A stretch of DNA of 64,000 bases from Gnetum montanum (lineage: Eukaryota; Plantae; Gnetophyta). Position 1 is the stretch's first letter; each line of letters begins with the position of its first letter. Of this stretch, positions 10,878-22,839 are shown one piece after another. The notes under the pieces are model-generated. The model saw only the letters and a program-made list of their open reading frames with translations. It was not told the DNA's origin and searched no databases. A program made the position numbers and the translations under genes. The stretch covers positions 105,758 to 169,757 of the forward strand of contig MNCI01000909.1 of the NCBI GenBank assembly GCA_015680685.1, written 5' to 3'.

Positions 10878-13800
10878 GTACTGCTTGATGTTTTTCTAGC
10901 TGATTTTGCAAGAACATGACATGGCTATGCTCGAGCAGGTACTCTTACCTCTGGTCCTCATGGGGCCTCAAGGCAACATTAAGTGATGTATTGACCCTCA
11001 TTGTCTTGACCTTGAGCCTACAACCTATGCTAAATACATAGCCTTTGTAGAAGCACCACTAGATTGGCTTGATCATCTAGTTAAGGCTCTTGACCTAGAG
11101 GTAGGGGACGTCATATAGGATTTCCTTATTGAGATCCCTATGACAACACATAATGGTAAGGCAGGAACACTAAAGCTAAGTTCCTTGCTACAGCCCCAAA
11201 ATGCCTAGGAGATCGCTAGAGTGCTCAATGATAACATCAAAGCCTTTGCATGATCATACGAAGACATGTTAGGCCTAGATCCTCAACTAGTCCAACACAA
11301 TGTCATCCTTGACCCTTGCATTAAACCAATTAAGCAAAAAGCATTCAAGGTTAGGCTTGAGATGGCATTGGTAGTTTGTGATGAAATCACCATGCTTTAC
11401 AAAGAAGGGTTTTTTTGGGGTTATTGACTATGTAGACTAGGTCTCCAACATCATTGTTGTGCCTAAACAAGGAAACCATCAAATATGACTTCCCATTGCT
11501 TAGTATTAATTAGTTGATCAATACCATGGCTAGACGTGCCTTGTTGTCCTTCATGGATAGGTTCTCGAGCTACAACCAAATTAGGATCAACCTTGAGCAT
11601 CGACTTAGTACAACCTTCATGATCCCTTGGTGTATGGTTTACTATACCATGATGCCTTTTGGACTAAATAATGCAAGGGCAATGTATCAATGTGCAATGA
11701 GATATATTTTTAGTGATTTCATGCTAAGTTTGCTCAATGAATACATCAATGACATTGCAACTAAATCCAAAGTGGTCCATGATCATGCAAATGATCTAGA
11801 CTTAGTGCTTAAACATTACCTGAGACATGAGGTTAGGTTAAATCAAAAGAAGTATTTCTTTTGACATTATAATGGTTTAGATGCTTGGTTTTGTAGTATT
11901 CAAAATAGGTATACATGTAGACCTCGATAAGGTTAATGCCATAACCAATTTAGCACCAATGGAAAATCTTAAGGAGCTACGAGGGTTGCAAGGTAGACTA
12001 TAATTCATACACAATTTTATCACCCAGTTAATTGATAAGATACAACCAATGCAACATCTAGTCAAGAAAGGAGCTCACTTCAGGGGGATAGCTCAATGCC
12101 AACAAGCATTTGACAACCTTAAGAAAGAGCTAGCACAACTACCTATGATTCACCCTTCACAAGGAGATAAACCTTTTTACATTTACCTCACCACTTCTGA
12201 CATGTCATCACCTCTTTGCTTTATCAAAAGTGAGATGATGGTGCAAAGATCTCGATTTACTACCTAAGCCATGCATTAGTATCCCATGAGATGAAATACA
12301 ATGATGTGAAAAAGCACTACCTCACCATAGTCTTCTCAATTAAGAAGTGGAGGCATTAACTCTTCCATAGTCAAGTTAATATCATTTCCTAAAATAATGT
12401 ACTCTAAGTGATAACAAAAGGTCATAACAGTAGAGTTTGACCTACAGTACGTTGCTCAAGCCTCAACAAAAGGTCAAGCTATAGCCGCATAGCTTATGGT
12501 TTTTCCAGTTGATAATCAGGCCACTATAGACCCTAAATTCTTGGACAAGCATGTTAATAGTGTTAGGAAAGTGCCTAACAACTATGAGGCACTCTTACAT
12601 TTTGATAGAGCTTCAACCTTTCAAGTGGGTAGTGTCACAATCATCATCATGTTTCCCTATTTGGATATCTAACCCTTCACATATTGTTTTGCATTTCCTT
12701 GCACTAACAATGTGGCAAAGTACAAAGGTCTCCTCTAAGGTATCCTTGTAGCATGTGACCTAGGGATCCAACACATAGTGATTCAAGGTAACTCATAACT
12801 AGTGATCAACCAAGTGATAGTGGTTTATGCCAGTAAAGCATAACATCTACAACCTTGCTGTGACTTGGCAAAGTATCTACTTTAATACTTTGCAATTACT
12901 GATGTCCAACATATCCCCAGAAATGAAAATTCCATTGCCAATGCACTAGCAATGTTAGTCCTTGGCATTGCACCTAGCATATTCCACACATTGCATACCT
13001 TGATGGTAGATTGCACTATGACTATCATCCAAATCATTGACATTGCATCCATAGCCATAGTAAGCACAACCCATGTAGCAAAGTGGTATGATGAAATCAA
13101 GGCACACCTTCTACAAGGTAAGCCTCCACAACATTTGACTACTACCTAAAAAGATGTAGTACATAAATGTTTGTGGTAGTACATCATCATAGGTGATAAC
13201 ACATTATGTCATAGATCCTACAATAGCATACTACTAACTTGCATAAGCAATAGTGAAGCATAAAAGATTGTTGAGCAAGTCCATGAGGGACTATGTGGAG
13301 GTCACATAGCACCTAGGATAATGACAACAAAAATCAAATAGCTAGGGTATTATTGCCTTACATGGAGAGAAATTGTGTTTTGAAGGTCCAAACATGCAAC
13401 ATTTGTCAATGACATGGCAACTCAATGCTCATGCCACCAACTAAATTTCATACAACACAAATCATGTGGCTATTCCAACATTGGGGCTTGGACATCATTA
13501 GACCCATAATGCCTAAGTCCTCTATAGGGCATAACTTCATACTAACTACAACTAAGTATTTCACCAAATGGGTTGAGGCTATTTCCCTTAGGAAGACGAC
13601 ATCATAGCAGGTTTGCAAATTCGTCTTAAATAACATAGTGATCCATTTTAAGTTACCTATGGCCATAGTAATGGATAATGGGCTGTAGTTTAGTAGTGCT
13701 AAAACTAAAGCCTTTTGTGAGCACTTTGGCATCAAGCATTCCTTCCTATTGCCATACTATCCTTAGGAAAATGGTGAAGAAGAGGCCACTAATAAGATCA

Positions 13801-14323
13801 TTTTCAACCTTCTCAAGAAAATGCTAAGCAATAGCAAATGATAATGGCATGACAAACTAGTCTACACACTTTGGGCCTACTACACAACGCACCAAATAGC
13901 AATAGGTATGATGCCTTATAGTTTCATTTATGGGTTTGAAGCAATACTGCCACTTGACTTGCAGATTCCATCATTCTGGGTAATCCTCTTAAACTTCATC
14001 AATGAAGGTCAAAACAACAAGTTGAGAACCATAGACCTCAAGTCAATAGAGGAGGAGCACATGCGCATGCTTGATCACATTGAATGATACTAAGAAAAGA
14101 AATGGAAAAAGTACCATCACAACTAGCATTAGTTCTTGATCATGAAAGGGGACCTAGTCCTCAAGGTCATTTGCAAACCCACAACTAAATTCTCAGCTAA
14201 TTAGGAAAGGCCTTTCTTGGTCACTAGGGCCTATGACAATGAAGCATTCAACTGTGCTGATCAAGACAAAAATGAGTTTGCCAATCTAGTGAACCATTTG
14301 AACCTGAAGTTGTATTATATCTA
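10878..14323 (+). pseudogene. pol: pol remnant of element A: RT (~11230-11930), RNase H, archaeal-type RNase H (~12590-12960), integrase (~13180-14320)
   Basis: LLSFMDRFSSYNQI, MPFGLNNARAMYQ, EYINDI (YxDD), PFYIYL, FPCTNNVAKY, HEGLCGGH, WGLDII, YFTKWVEAI. Confidence 0.95.
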
Positions 14324-14374
14324 ACATGTAGCATCACACATCAATCAAGCAAGATAGGCATAGCACTCATTCTC

Positions 14375-14805
14375 AATGACACTAAATTGGCACATCATAG
14401 CTTGTCCACTATGACATTAAACTGGCATAGTATTTCCACTATGATGTTAAACTGGCACAACACTCATTTGCTACAACACTAAACTAGCACAACACTCATT
14501 TGCTACAACACTAAACTAGCACAACACTCATCCACTATGATGCTAAAATAGCATAACAACTCATCCACTATGATGCTAAATTGGCATAGCAACTTATCTA
14601 CTACAACACTAAACTATCATAGCATTCATCTACTACGATGCTAAACTAGCACAACATTCATACTTGGGTCACAATGTTAAAGTGAAACAATGCATCCACT
14701 AGGACTATAAACTAGCATAGCATGGTCTACTAAGACCTTAAACTAGGTTCACTGTCTATTAGGACCTTAAACTAGTAGGGCCATAGTCTAACAAGACCTT
14801 AAATT
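14375..14805 (+). repeat. Tandem array, ~32 bp unit with core TAAACT(G/A)GCA, in the 3' UTR of A
   Basis: Repeated cactatga(c/t)(a/g)ctaaactagcac units directly after the integrase end. Confidence 0.85.
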
Positions 14806-14936
14806 GGGTTTGTGATTAGCCATTAATACTTCCTTCCATCCTCTAGCAAGTGAGCGAGTGAGCATAAACCTTACCCCCCCCCCCCCCCCCCCCCCTTCTA
14901 CACTACATGGGTAGGCATGTTGCATCTTCAAAATGG

Positions 14937-15125
14937 AGCACTTTTCACTAGCGTAGCCTTTGGAGCACTCATAGCATCTTGGCACCTCACCATTTTACTG
15001 GCTTTTTGAGCACTTGTCACCGACATAGCCTTTGGAGCACTCGTAGGATCTTGGCCCCTTGCCATTTTACTAGCTTTTTGAGCACTTGTCACTAGTGTAG
15101 CCTTTGGAGCACTTGTAGCATCTTT
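14937..15125 (+). repeat. Three ~70 bp tandem units in the 3' UTR of A (third partial)
   Basis: gagcacttgtcac..gtagcctttggagcact..tagcatctt occurs three times. Confidence 0.8.
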
Positions 15126-16052
15126 TCTCTAAGCATTTTATTTGCATTTTATGTTGTGTGATTTTCATATATTTTTAGAGTTATGTTTGTAGGACAAAGC
15201 CCTGGATCATCATGCAAAGGTACATCTCATCACAACAACAAGTAGCCATAATGCTCAAATGTGCATGATTAGACTAGCGAAGCCTCTCAAGAGTAAACAC
15301 CCCCACTATCCCATTATAGCCTATCCAAATCCACTCCTATATTCCAATACCCTCTCATTCTTTGCATAGCCAAGATTGCAAACCCTCCTGGATGCTCACA
15401 TGTTGTGACCACATGGAATCCTCTTTGCATGTCTCATCAAACACCAAGCTTCCAAAGGTGGATGTAACATATGTCATTCTATTGAAATCCTCTGTCAGCT
15501 AGTCAAAGCCTAGGTAGATGTAACATAAGTTATCTTGAGAAGGAAACACTTATCGTATAGAAATCATGCCATTTCATCAATGGTGAAGTAAAGCCCATTT
15601 AGTGATATGCAATTCACTTGATGGGGAGCATCTCACTTTGTAGTAAGCATTCAAAGAAAATGAAAAAGGGATAGAGCACATCCCCAAGTAATCTAACTAG
15701 TCCAACCCTAAATCCATGCTAACTCTCTCATAAGCACTGTGATGAGAGGTCAACACTTCAAGGATAAATCACTCTAGTGCCATGGTCACCATCAACCATT
15801 AGGTCCCTTCATCACAATATCCCCACTTTCATCCTATCTTCCCCTTTTATCCCCAGCACATCACCTACACCTTCTCTGGCTTTTACCCTACCATCTAGCA
15901 TACCATTATCCATAACACTCTTTGAACATAGTGTAGCAACATCTAATCTTGCACTAAAGAGTGATGTTGGTGCCAAGCCTATTATAGTATTTTATTGTTC
16001 TTTGTCAATGTCTCTTAGGCCACTCCTCCAAGTGTCAACAAAGAGGGGCCAA

Positions 16053-17590
16053 TGAAACACCACCAAATTTGGACCATCGCATCTTGACAATAAATATGGC
16101 TAACTGTTGAGACCATGCTCGACCCCAGCTAAGAGTATAGTCAACCTCCAATAGAAAGCATAGTCAACACAAAGGCCAATTTTGCAATTTTTTCTAAGTG
16201 TCATCATGAAGCTAGAGGCTACAAATTTTTCTAAGTGCTGATACTATGCTCTCCATTGCCCCAAAGCATAGTTAGTATCTTATGGAGAGTTTTCTCAGCA
16301 TGAAGGCCTAGTTTTTGCATATTTCTCTAAGTGTTGAGACAACACTCAAGCCTAGTTGGGAGCATAGTCAGCCTGTAGTGGAGAGCATAGTTAGTAGATA
16401 GCCACTTTCTCTACAAAATTTTTCTAAGTGTGGGACTACCCTCTCCCCCAGTCTAGAGCGTAGTCAAGCATAGTCATCCAGAATGACCTCCAACAGCCTT
16501 CATAGCACCACACCATCACTCAACTAAACTTCAAATCATCTCCAACAAGTTTAGTTAGAAAAATGCATCTCTTTTGTATCTCTTTTTGTCCCTAAGATTA
16601 TAAATACACTCTATCCCATGCAAGATAGTGGAGAGCGTAGTCCCAGAGCATAGTCTCCAAAATTTCATTTTTCAAGTACCTTGTGGTCCTTTAGGCACAC
16701 ACACATGTAGTTGGTAGCATAGTCATAGTCTCACAATCTCATAGAGCCCTACAAAGCATGACAAGGCACAACACCACTAGCCTTAGTGGAAAGCATAGTT
16801 GGATGATGGCATAGTCCCAACCATCCCCTCTACCATGTGGTAGTCACCTCACATTTCATGCTAAACCTAATCCTATAAATAACCTTACCCTTAATTTTTT
16901 TAGGGTAGCATGTTTTTGGATGGGAAAAATCAAAGTTTTGGAAAATTTGGATTAGCAAAATCAAAGCATCAGCAAACCAAAGACATGCTAGCGAACCAGA
17001 GAGAGGCAAAGTTGCATACTACCATAGCCCATTGTACATTGTGGTAGCCAACCTGGTAGGCATAGACACCATGGAAAAACATCAATCTTCATGGCTAAAC
17101 ACCTCTGAGAATGTGACTACACTGTCCACTGCACCTGTTGTACACTGTGTACCTTCTAACCCCTCTTGGTATTAACTATGCTCAACCCCATTTTTGGGAG
17201 TGTTTTGCTTCTCTTTCTTATTTTTGCATTTTTAACATTTTATTTACATCTTTCATTATTTCATCGCATTGCCATCGCATGGCCACCTCTAAAACTATGC
17301 TCGGGTAGTGGTCCCCACATGTTGACACCTTTGTCTTTATCAATAAAACCTAACTACACTTAACACTGTTAACACCATTGACATTGCTCGAACTCTTAGC
17401 ACTATTTCACATTAGCATTGTAGTTAGCCATGCTACACCCTAGTTGCATTTCGTATGTCCCTATTCGATTGACAGGACCATTCAAGGCACATTGTCTTCA
17501 CCTCCAATAGGCCCTTACATGGACTTGGGATTAGGCTATGCACTTGTGAATCTCTCAATGTTCTAGCCATTGATGTTTTTTGTTGCCACA
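16053..17590 (+). repeat. 3' LTR of element A (~1.54 kb)
   Basis: Follows the PPT (16040-16052). Starts TGAAACACC..AAATTT, has TATA-like cctataaata at ~16872, and ends TGCCACA, abutting the interrupted gag of D. Confidence 0.85.
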
Positions 17591-18480
17591 AGTATCAATA
17601 TAGATTCTTTCCCTTAAGAGACATGGAAAAAATCCACAATATCATATGAGGCCAAACTTGCAGAAGAAGGCACTTAGATAGAAAGGTAATTAGATGTGTA
17701 TTAGGATCCCCTTCACCATTGTATTTGGTGAAGTTTAGTATAGAAAAACCTATGGGTAAGGTTATTTTAGGCATAGTAGGACTTATAGGATCATCTTGGT
17801 AAAAGCAAAGAATCTTGACCATATGAGTTATACTAGTTTTGAGCTTCTACAACTCTTTGGTAAGGTCTTGGATCATTTGGAAGGCTTAATCCAAGCCTTG
17901 GGGCATCCCTATGGGTTGTAGTATTTGTGTTGATGGTTGATGAGGAAGTTAAGAGGTTTGAGTTTGTACAATTGATGTTGGCATAAAGGGAAGAGGTTGT
18001 GTGATCAATGTCATAGGTAGGTTAAACAAGAAGAAGCAAGTTTGTGTTTGGTTATGTGGTATGAAGGGAGCAAAAAGAGTATGATAGGCCTATGTTGCTT
18101 GGGATGCTAGTGAGGATCCCACTTGTATGACAAAGGAAGGTGGTTATGTGGAAAAGAACATTGATGTGAATAGTGAGACAAATTATGGCACATGTTGTGC
18201 CTAGTGTATAAAAGTTTCTAAGGAGGATTTGGTTATAAGGAGATGGAATGTATTCTTTCTCATCATAGTGTATAATTTCAACTTGATGCTGAGCATCAAA
18301 TTCGTAGTATGGTACCAGGAGATTGTCTTCCATTTTGGCACATAGGGAGTTGTAGAACTCCTCATTAATCACTGTAATATCTAGGTTCTTACCCCTTTAT
18401 TGTAGTGATTATCTTCATTCTATGATCGTAGGGACTTTTGGATCATAGATGCAAACTACATCTTAGCTAGAGGCCATGTA
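17591..18480 (-). pseudogene. gag: 5' part of gag of Tat element D, interrupted by insertion of A
   Basis: ORF 17595-17822 ITLPIGFSILNFTKYNGEGDPNTHL matches the gag motif of A and is cut at A's LTR end. Confidence 0.85.
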
Positions 18481-19564
18481 TGCAAGGTGTCATGATAGAA
18501 TGGTTGATATGAAAAAGGACATTAATTAGTATCAACTAAACCAAGCTAGGATAGTAGAAACTAAGTTGGGCTTTATAAAATTAAGTTGGAATTTGAAAAG
18601 TTCATCAATTATTGCAAAAAGGTGAATATGAAAAACATGGTTATTTTTAACATGTTGGGTTTTGGAAAAATATGCTAGTACTTTTTCAAAAGTATGTTGC
18701 TAATAAAAATACTAAGTTTTTCATTTTCTTATTTAAAGGGTATTGGTGTACTTTTCCTTTATGGAAACTATGCTAGGATTTTTTGTGCAACCAAGAAAAT
18801 ATTTTATTTTTCAAAAGATACACTATGTATCTTAAAAAGCAATGCTCTAGTTTGTGTGATAATAAGAAAATGTAATTTGTGCATCACAACTATGTTGGGT
18901 AGCTTGGCAAAGGTGCAAGAGGTTATACCTAGAAAATTAGTTGAAACTACAACTACATCTATGACGTAGGCTATAGTGGAAATGGTGTGATAATATTTAA
19001 GGTAGGTAACACTAACTATGTTGGCTTTTCTAGTAGTGTCTATGATGGTGGGTATGCAAAAGACCACTATATTGCCTAGCCAACTACATTTGGGTAGGTG
19101 GTTGGAAATGATTTTTTTCACTTGGAAAAACCAATCTAGGTGTTTCTTTTAAAGTGGGTGCACTAGTTTTGGAAATTAGATGTATATTTTAATGTTCCCA
19201 ATGACTATGATGGAGTCTTGAAAATGACTACACAAACTTTCATAGTAGATGTACTTGGGTATTTGAGTGGGGCTATGTTAGTTTTTAGAATATCCTGAAT
19301 GTGAGTTTTGCAAGTTAAAGTATGATTACGTTGTCCTTAGAAAGTCTAGCAACTATTGTAATAATAATGTAGAAGTGCAAATTATCCACAACAACTACAT
19401 TGGGTATCAGTTGTATGAGGCTAGATACCAAATTTTATTTCGAAAGGTGGATGTTTGCAAGTTTTCAAATTTAAAATGTGAAAATGTTGGTTTTGAAAGC
19501 TAGTTAGAGAAGGTTTTAAAGATTGGTTGCAAGATCTTTTTTGATTAAGAATTTGGATGGAGGT

Positions 19565-19580
19565 CCTCCTTCTAGTGTTA
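19565..19580 (-). promoter_or_regulatory. Primer-binding site of element D
   Basis: The minus strand reads TAACACTAGAAGGAGG a few bases after the LTR end. This is the Tat-type PBS TGGCGCTAGAAGGAGG (recalled consensus) with G>A changes. Confidence 0.7.
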
Positions 19581-19585
19581 GAAAC

Positions 19586-20944
19586 TGTAACACTTGAAAA
19601 ATTTAGTTATTGGAAAATTGAAAATTTTAGCTAAAACAATTTAACTTCAAATCCCAAGCACCTTCAGAAATATGATTAAAGAACCTTGGATGATCTTGTT
19701 GATCACCTAGGGACTTAGAAATTATAAACATGCATGAATCAATTTTAAATATTTGTAGATCTGAAATAAGAGAAAATGCACAAAATGAACTTGTAATATT
19801 AAAATTATTACCATGCACAAATAAATAAACTATGTATTTTATTAAAACAATGGAATTTTTGATAAAATAGATTTCAAATGATATATGAGCATATGTGCTT
19901 GAAATGCACAAAAAGTTACACTGATGAAACTTGAAGTCTATTGAAGTTAGTAGATTGTGTTCTGTGATTAGCCTCATGATCCAAGTCCTTCCAAGCTCCA
20001 ACTTCTAAAATTCCTCTCTAGTTCTTTGGCTTAGATCTATTGGGTTAGTTGAAAAATGGTGGTTGCTACTTGGTAATGCGCTAAGAGTGTCCAAAGCTTA
20101 GCCAATTTCCAATTTGCCAAAAAAATCTTACAAATGCTAATGGTTACAAATTCTTAAAGTTGCAAAAGTTGTAAAACACCTAGAACCTATTCAATATGTT
20201 TAAAATATTTATTTATAGGCCATAGTGTTGCTCATTTTTTGGTTGCAAATTTCTGCCATGATTGCTGATAGATTGAAATCCTGCATAGGTGTATCAAATA
20301 TTTATTTCTATTGTAGTTTCCATTTATTTTATGTTTTTGATATACCCAAGGCATAAAAACCATGATGTTTAACATAAATAGTAATTATACTTTGTTAACT
20401 ATGTTGGCCCTAAATAGCTATGCTATCATTGTTAAGCTATGCTAGCAACTATTATGAAAATGAAAATCCAAACACCACCAATGAAGGCCTTGCAACATCC
20501 ATGTTGGGTATTGTGGTAAGTACATTGGGAATTGCTGGGAAAATGAAAACCAAACACCACCAATGCTAGACTTGCAACATTGACGTTGGGTTTTGTGGAA
20601 ATTACATTGGAAATTTATAGAAAATTGAAAACCCAACACCACCAAGTTGGGTGTAGATGATTCCAAACTAGTAGAGGCTATACCCAAAAAAAATCCATCA
20701 AAATGCCAAATTTAGTAGTTGAAAAGTTATTTTTAACCTTCCCAAGCTGAACAATGGTATGACTTTTCTCACTTCAGAAGGGAGGCTATGACAAGTTATA
20801 AGGCATTTGTTCAGCCCCAAAAGCTAAAGTATGTGAAATTGCATCTCATGGATTACAAACTTCACATTTTATAATAAAATTCTAGCCTCAGGTTTAAGGG
20901 TGAAAGGTACAAGTTACAACATAAAATTTCATAGTGCTATTTCA
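19586..20944 (-). repeat. Tat-family LTR of element D (~1.36 kb), with PPT upstream and PBS downstream
   Basis: Minus strand: aaagaggggccaa|TGAAATAG...GTGTTACA. Both ends are homologous to LTR 39311-41074. Internal ~90 bp duplication at 20455-20640. Confidence 0.8.
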
Positions 20945-21350
20945 TTGGCCCCTCTTTGTTGATTTTTTGGAGGATGGATGTGAGGGACATTGAAAAAGAA
21001 AAAGAAAACATCACTGCAAGTCCATCATTAATGTTTCCTATCTACGATTGACTATGTAGTGTTGAACCATGCAAAGAGTGCTTGTGATGATGAGATAAGG
21101 TTGCAATGAGGTGATATAGGTTGAAGGCTATATTTGGTCACAAGGAAATGGTCATAGGTTTAACAATGAGTTCCAAATATTAACATCATTGTCATGGTGA
21201 TGACACTGACATGTTCACTAATCGATGTGCTCTTCATGCTTCATGCTTCAAAGTGTTGGTTAATTGGTAATGTTCTTGAGAAGCCAACACTTCACTTCAA
21301 GGCTTCTTTGGCCATTATGTTCCTTCATTTACTTTTTTGAAGCCATTGAT
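20945..21350 (-). mobile_element. Truncated 3' UTR and PPT of a Tat-family element upstream of the D LTR
   Basis: Similar to 41075-41400 (3' UTR of C) and to the reverse complement of ~38950-39310 (3' UTR of B). Confidence 0.7.
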
Positions 21351-22132
21351 TTATCCTTTTTCGCTTCATTAGCCTTTTGGCTTCTTGGCAAAAATAATGA
21401 AAATAAAAAAAATCACTGTGTACTAGTCTATGATAAAATTTATAAAAAATTAACCATAGCTTAGAAATTAGTGTTTCAATTTTGGTTAAAGAATGAAAAT
21501 TCTTATCAAATTATTATAAAAAATTACAAACATTGATCATGTTTCTTGACATGAAAACAACAAAAACACATAATATAAAATTTAAAATTTTCCATAAGAA
21601 GACCCTAAGGCCAAAACAACACCATAAACACTTGGCCATAACCTAATCACAGCATCTAAATTGCTCAAAACCAAATGTTGTTTAATGAGTAAATCAAAAT
21701 ACTCTAAAATTCCTACTTTCTAGGCTAAAATTTAATAAAAAATGCTTGAGGAAAGATACTTGGTAGGCATGGTTGACAAACACTCACTAGGTATGCACCA
21801 AGGTAGTTTGGAGATACCCTTTCAAAAGTTGGATTTTTTCTAGTAGATGCTGTTCTCTTTTCCATCTTTTATAGGAAAATGTAAAAATATTTAAATTTTC
21901 TTCAACTTCTAATAACTATGCTGGTTTTGTGGTAGAAGATGATAAAAATATGCTAGGAGTTGATGAAATTGGAGTGAAAAGAAGTCAAAAAGCCTTAAGA
22001 CCAAATGATTCCTATGAGAACTAGGTTAGGAGAAATGATTTATGTAAAATTTGAATTGTGGAAATATTCCAATACTCATGCATTGATATAATAAGCCTCC
22101 CATGCCCATAACTCTTACATAACAACTAGTAG

Positions 22133-22617
22133 TGTAACATCTCATTCCTAGATGTCATAAAAATACGATCACTTAATTTACCACATTCATCATTTTCTTA
22201 GATAATATAATGGAAATATCATAAACACTTAATGAATGAATTAATTGGTAACTAAATAATTGGTACTTTGGAATAAAAAGATGAAAATGGAAAAATTTTA
22301 TTAATAGAAGAGAGTACTATAACATCCTTTGGATTATCTTCCTTTTCCACTTAAGCCTCATGGTTAGGCTTTCCTACCAAAGGGAGGATCAATCCCTTCT
22401 TTTCCCACTTCACCCAACTCATATCACTTGCCTATTCTAACTTTGCAACTCCATGCCAACATGACCTCTAAACCTAGCCTTAAATTGCATAGGTAAAATC
22501 CTTTCCCAAGGGATACATGAATAATCATAACTTCTCATAATGAGCTGCCCTTTCATTTGAAGGTTAATTACATTATTTACAATTGTTTCCACCCTTAACA
22601 AGGGATATGATGTTACA
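22133..22617 (-). repeat. 3' LTR of element E (485 bp)
   Basis: TGTAACA...TGTTACA termini; direct repeat of 31721-32227. Confidence 0.95.
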
Positions 22618-22839
22618 ATCTACCCCCCTTAGGCATCTAGCTCATCTTCAAGTGCTTCCTCTATATCCAGTTGCTCAGCTACTGCTTCATCATTATGCTC
22701 CTTAGTTTCAGTTCCTTTATTTCCCTCATTATCATCTATACAAATAGAAGATCAGAAATTATAAAACATAATTTATTACATCTATAATAAATACAATTTA
22801 TCATTCAATATGATGATGATCAAAAAGTTAAGGTAAGTA

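Larger units (their letters stand above)
482..17590 (+). mobile_element. Element A: decayed Ty3/gypsy Tat-group (Ogre/Retand-like) LTR retrotransposon; gag-PR, ~6.5 kb interval, RT-RH-aRH-INT, 3' LTR
   Basis: Domain remnants are in order on +. PPT aaagaggggccaa precedes the 3' LTR at 16053. An archaeal-type RNase H lies between RH and INT. Confidence 0.9.

Noticed and set aside
14875-14896. Poly-C tract / poly-Gly ORF
   Set aside because: Simple homopolymer in a 3' UTR with no supporting context.
1-17590. Intact two-LTR element spanning 1-17590
   Set aside because: The LTRs are too divergent, there is no PBS after 481, and the leader is too short.
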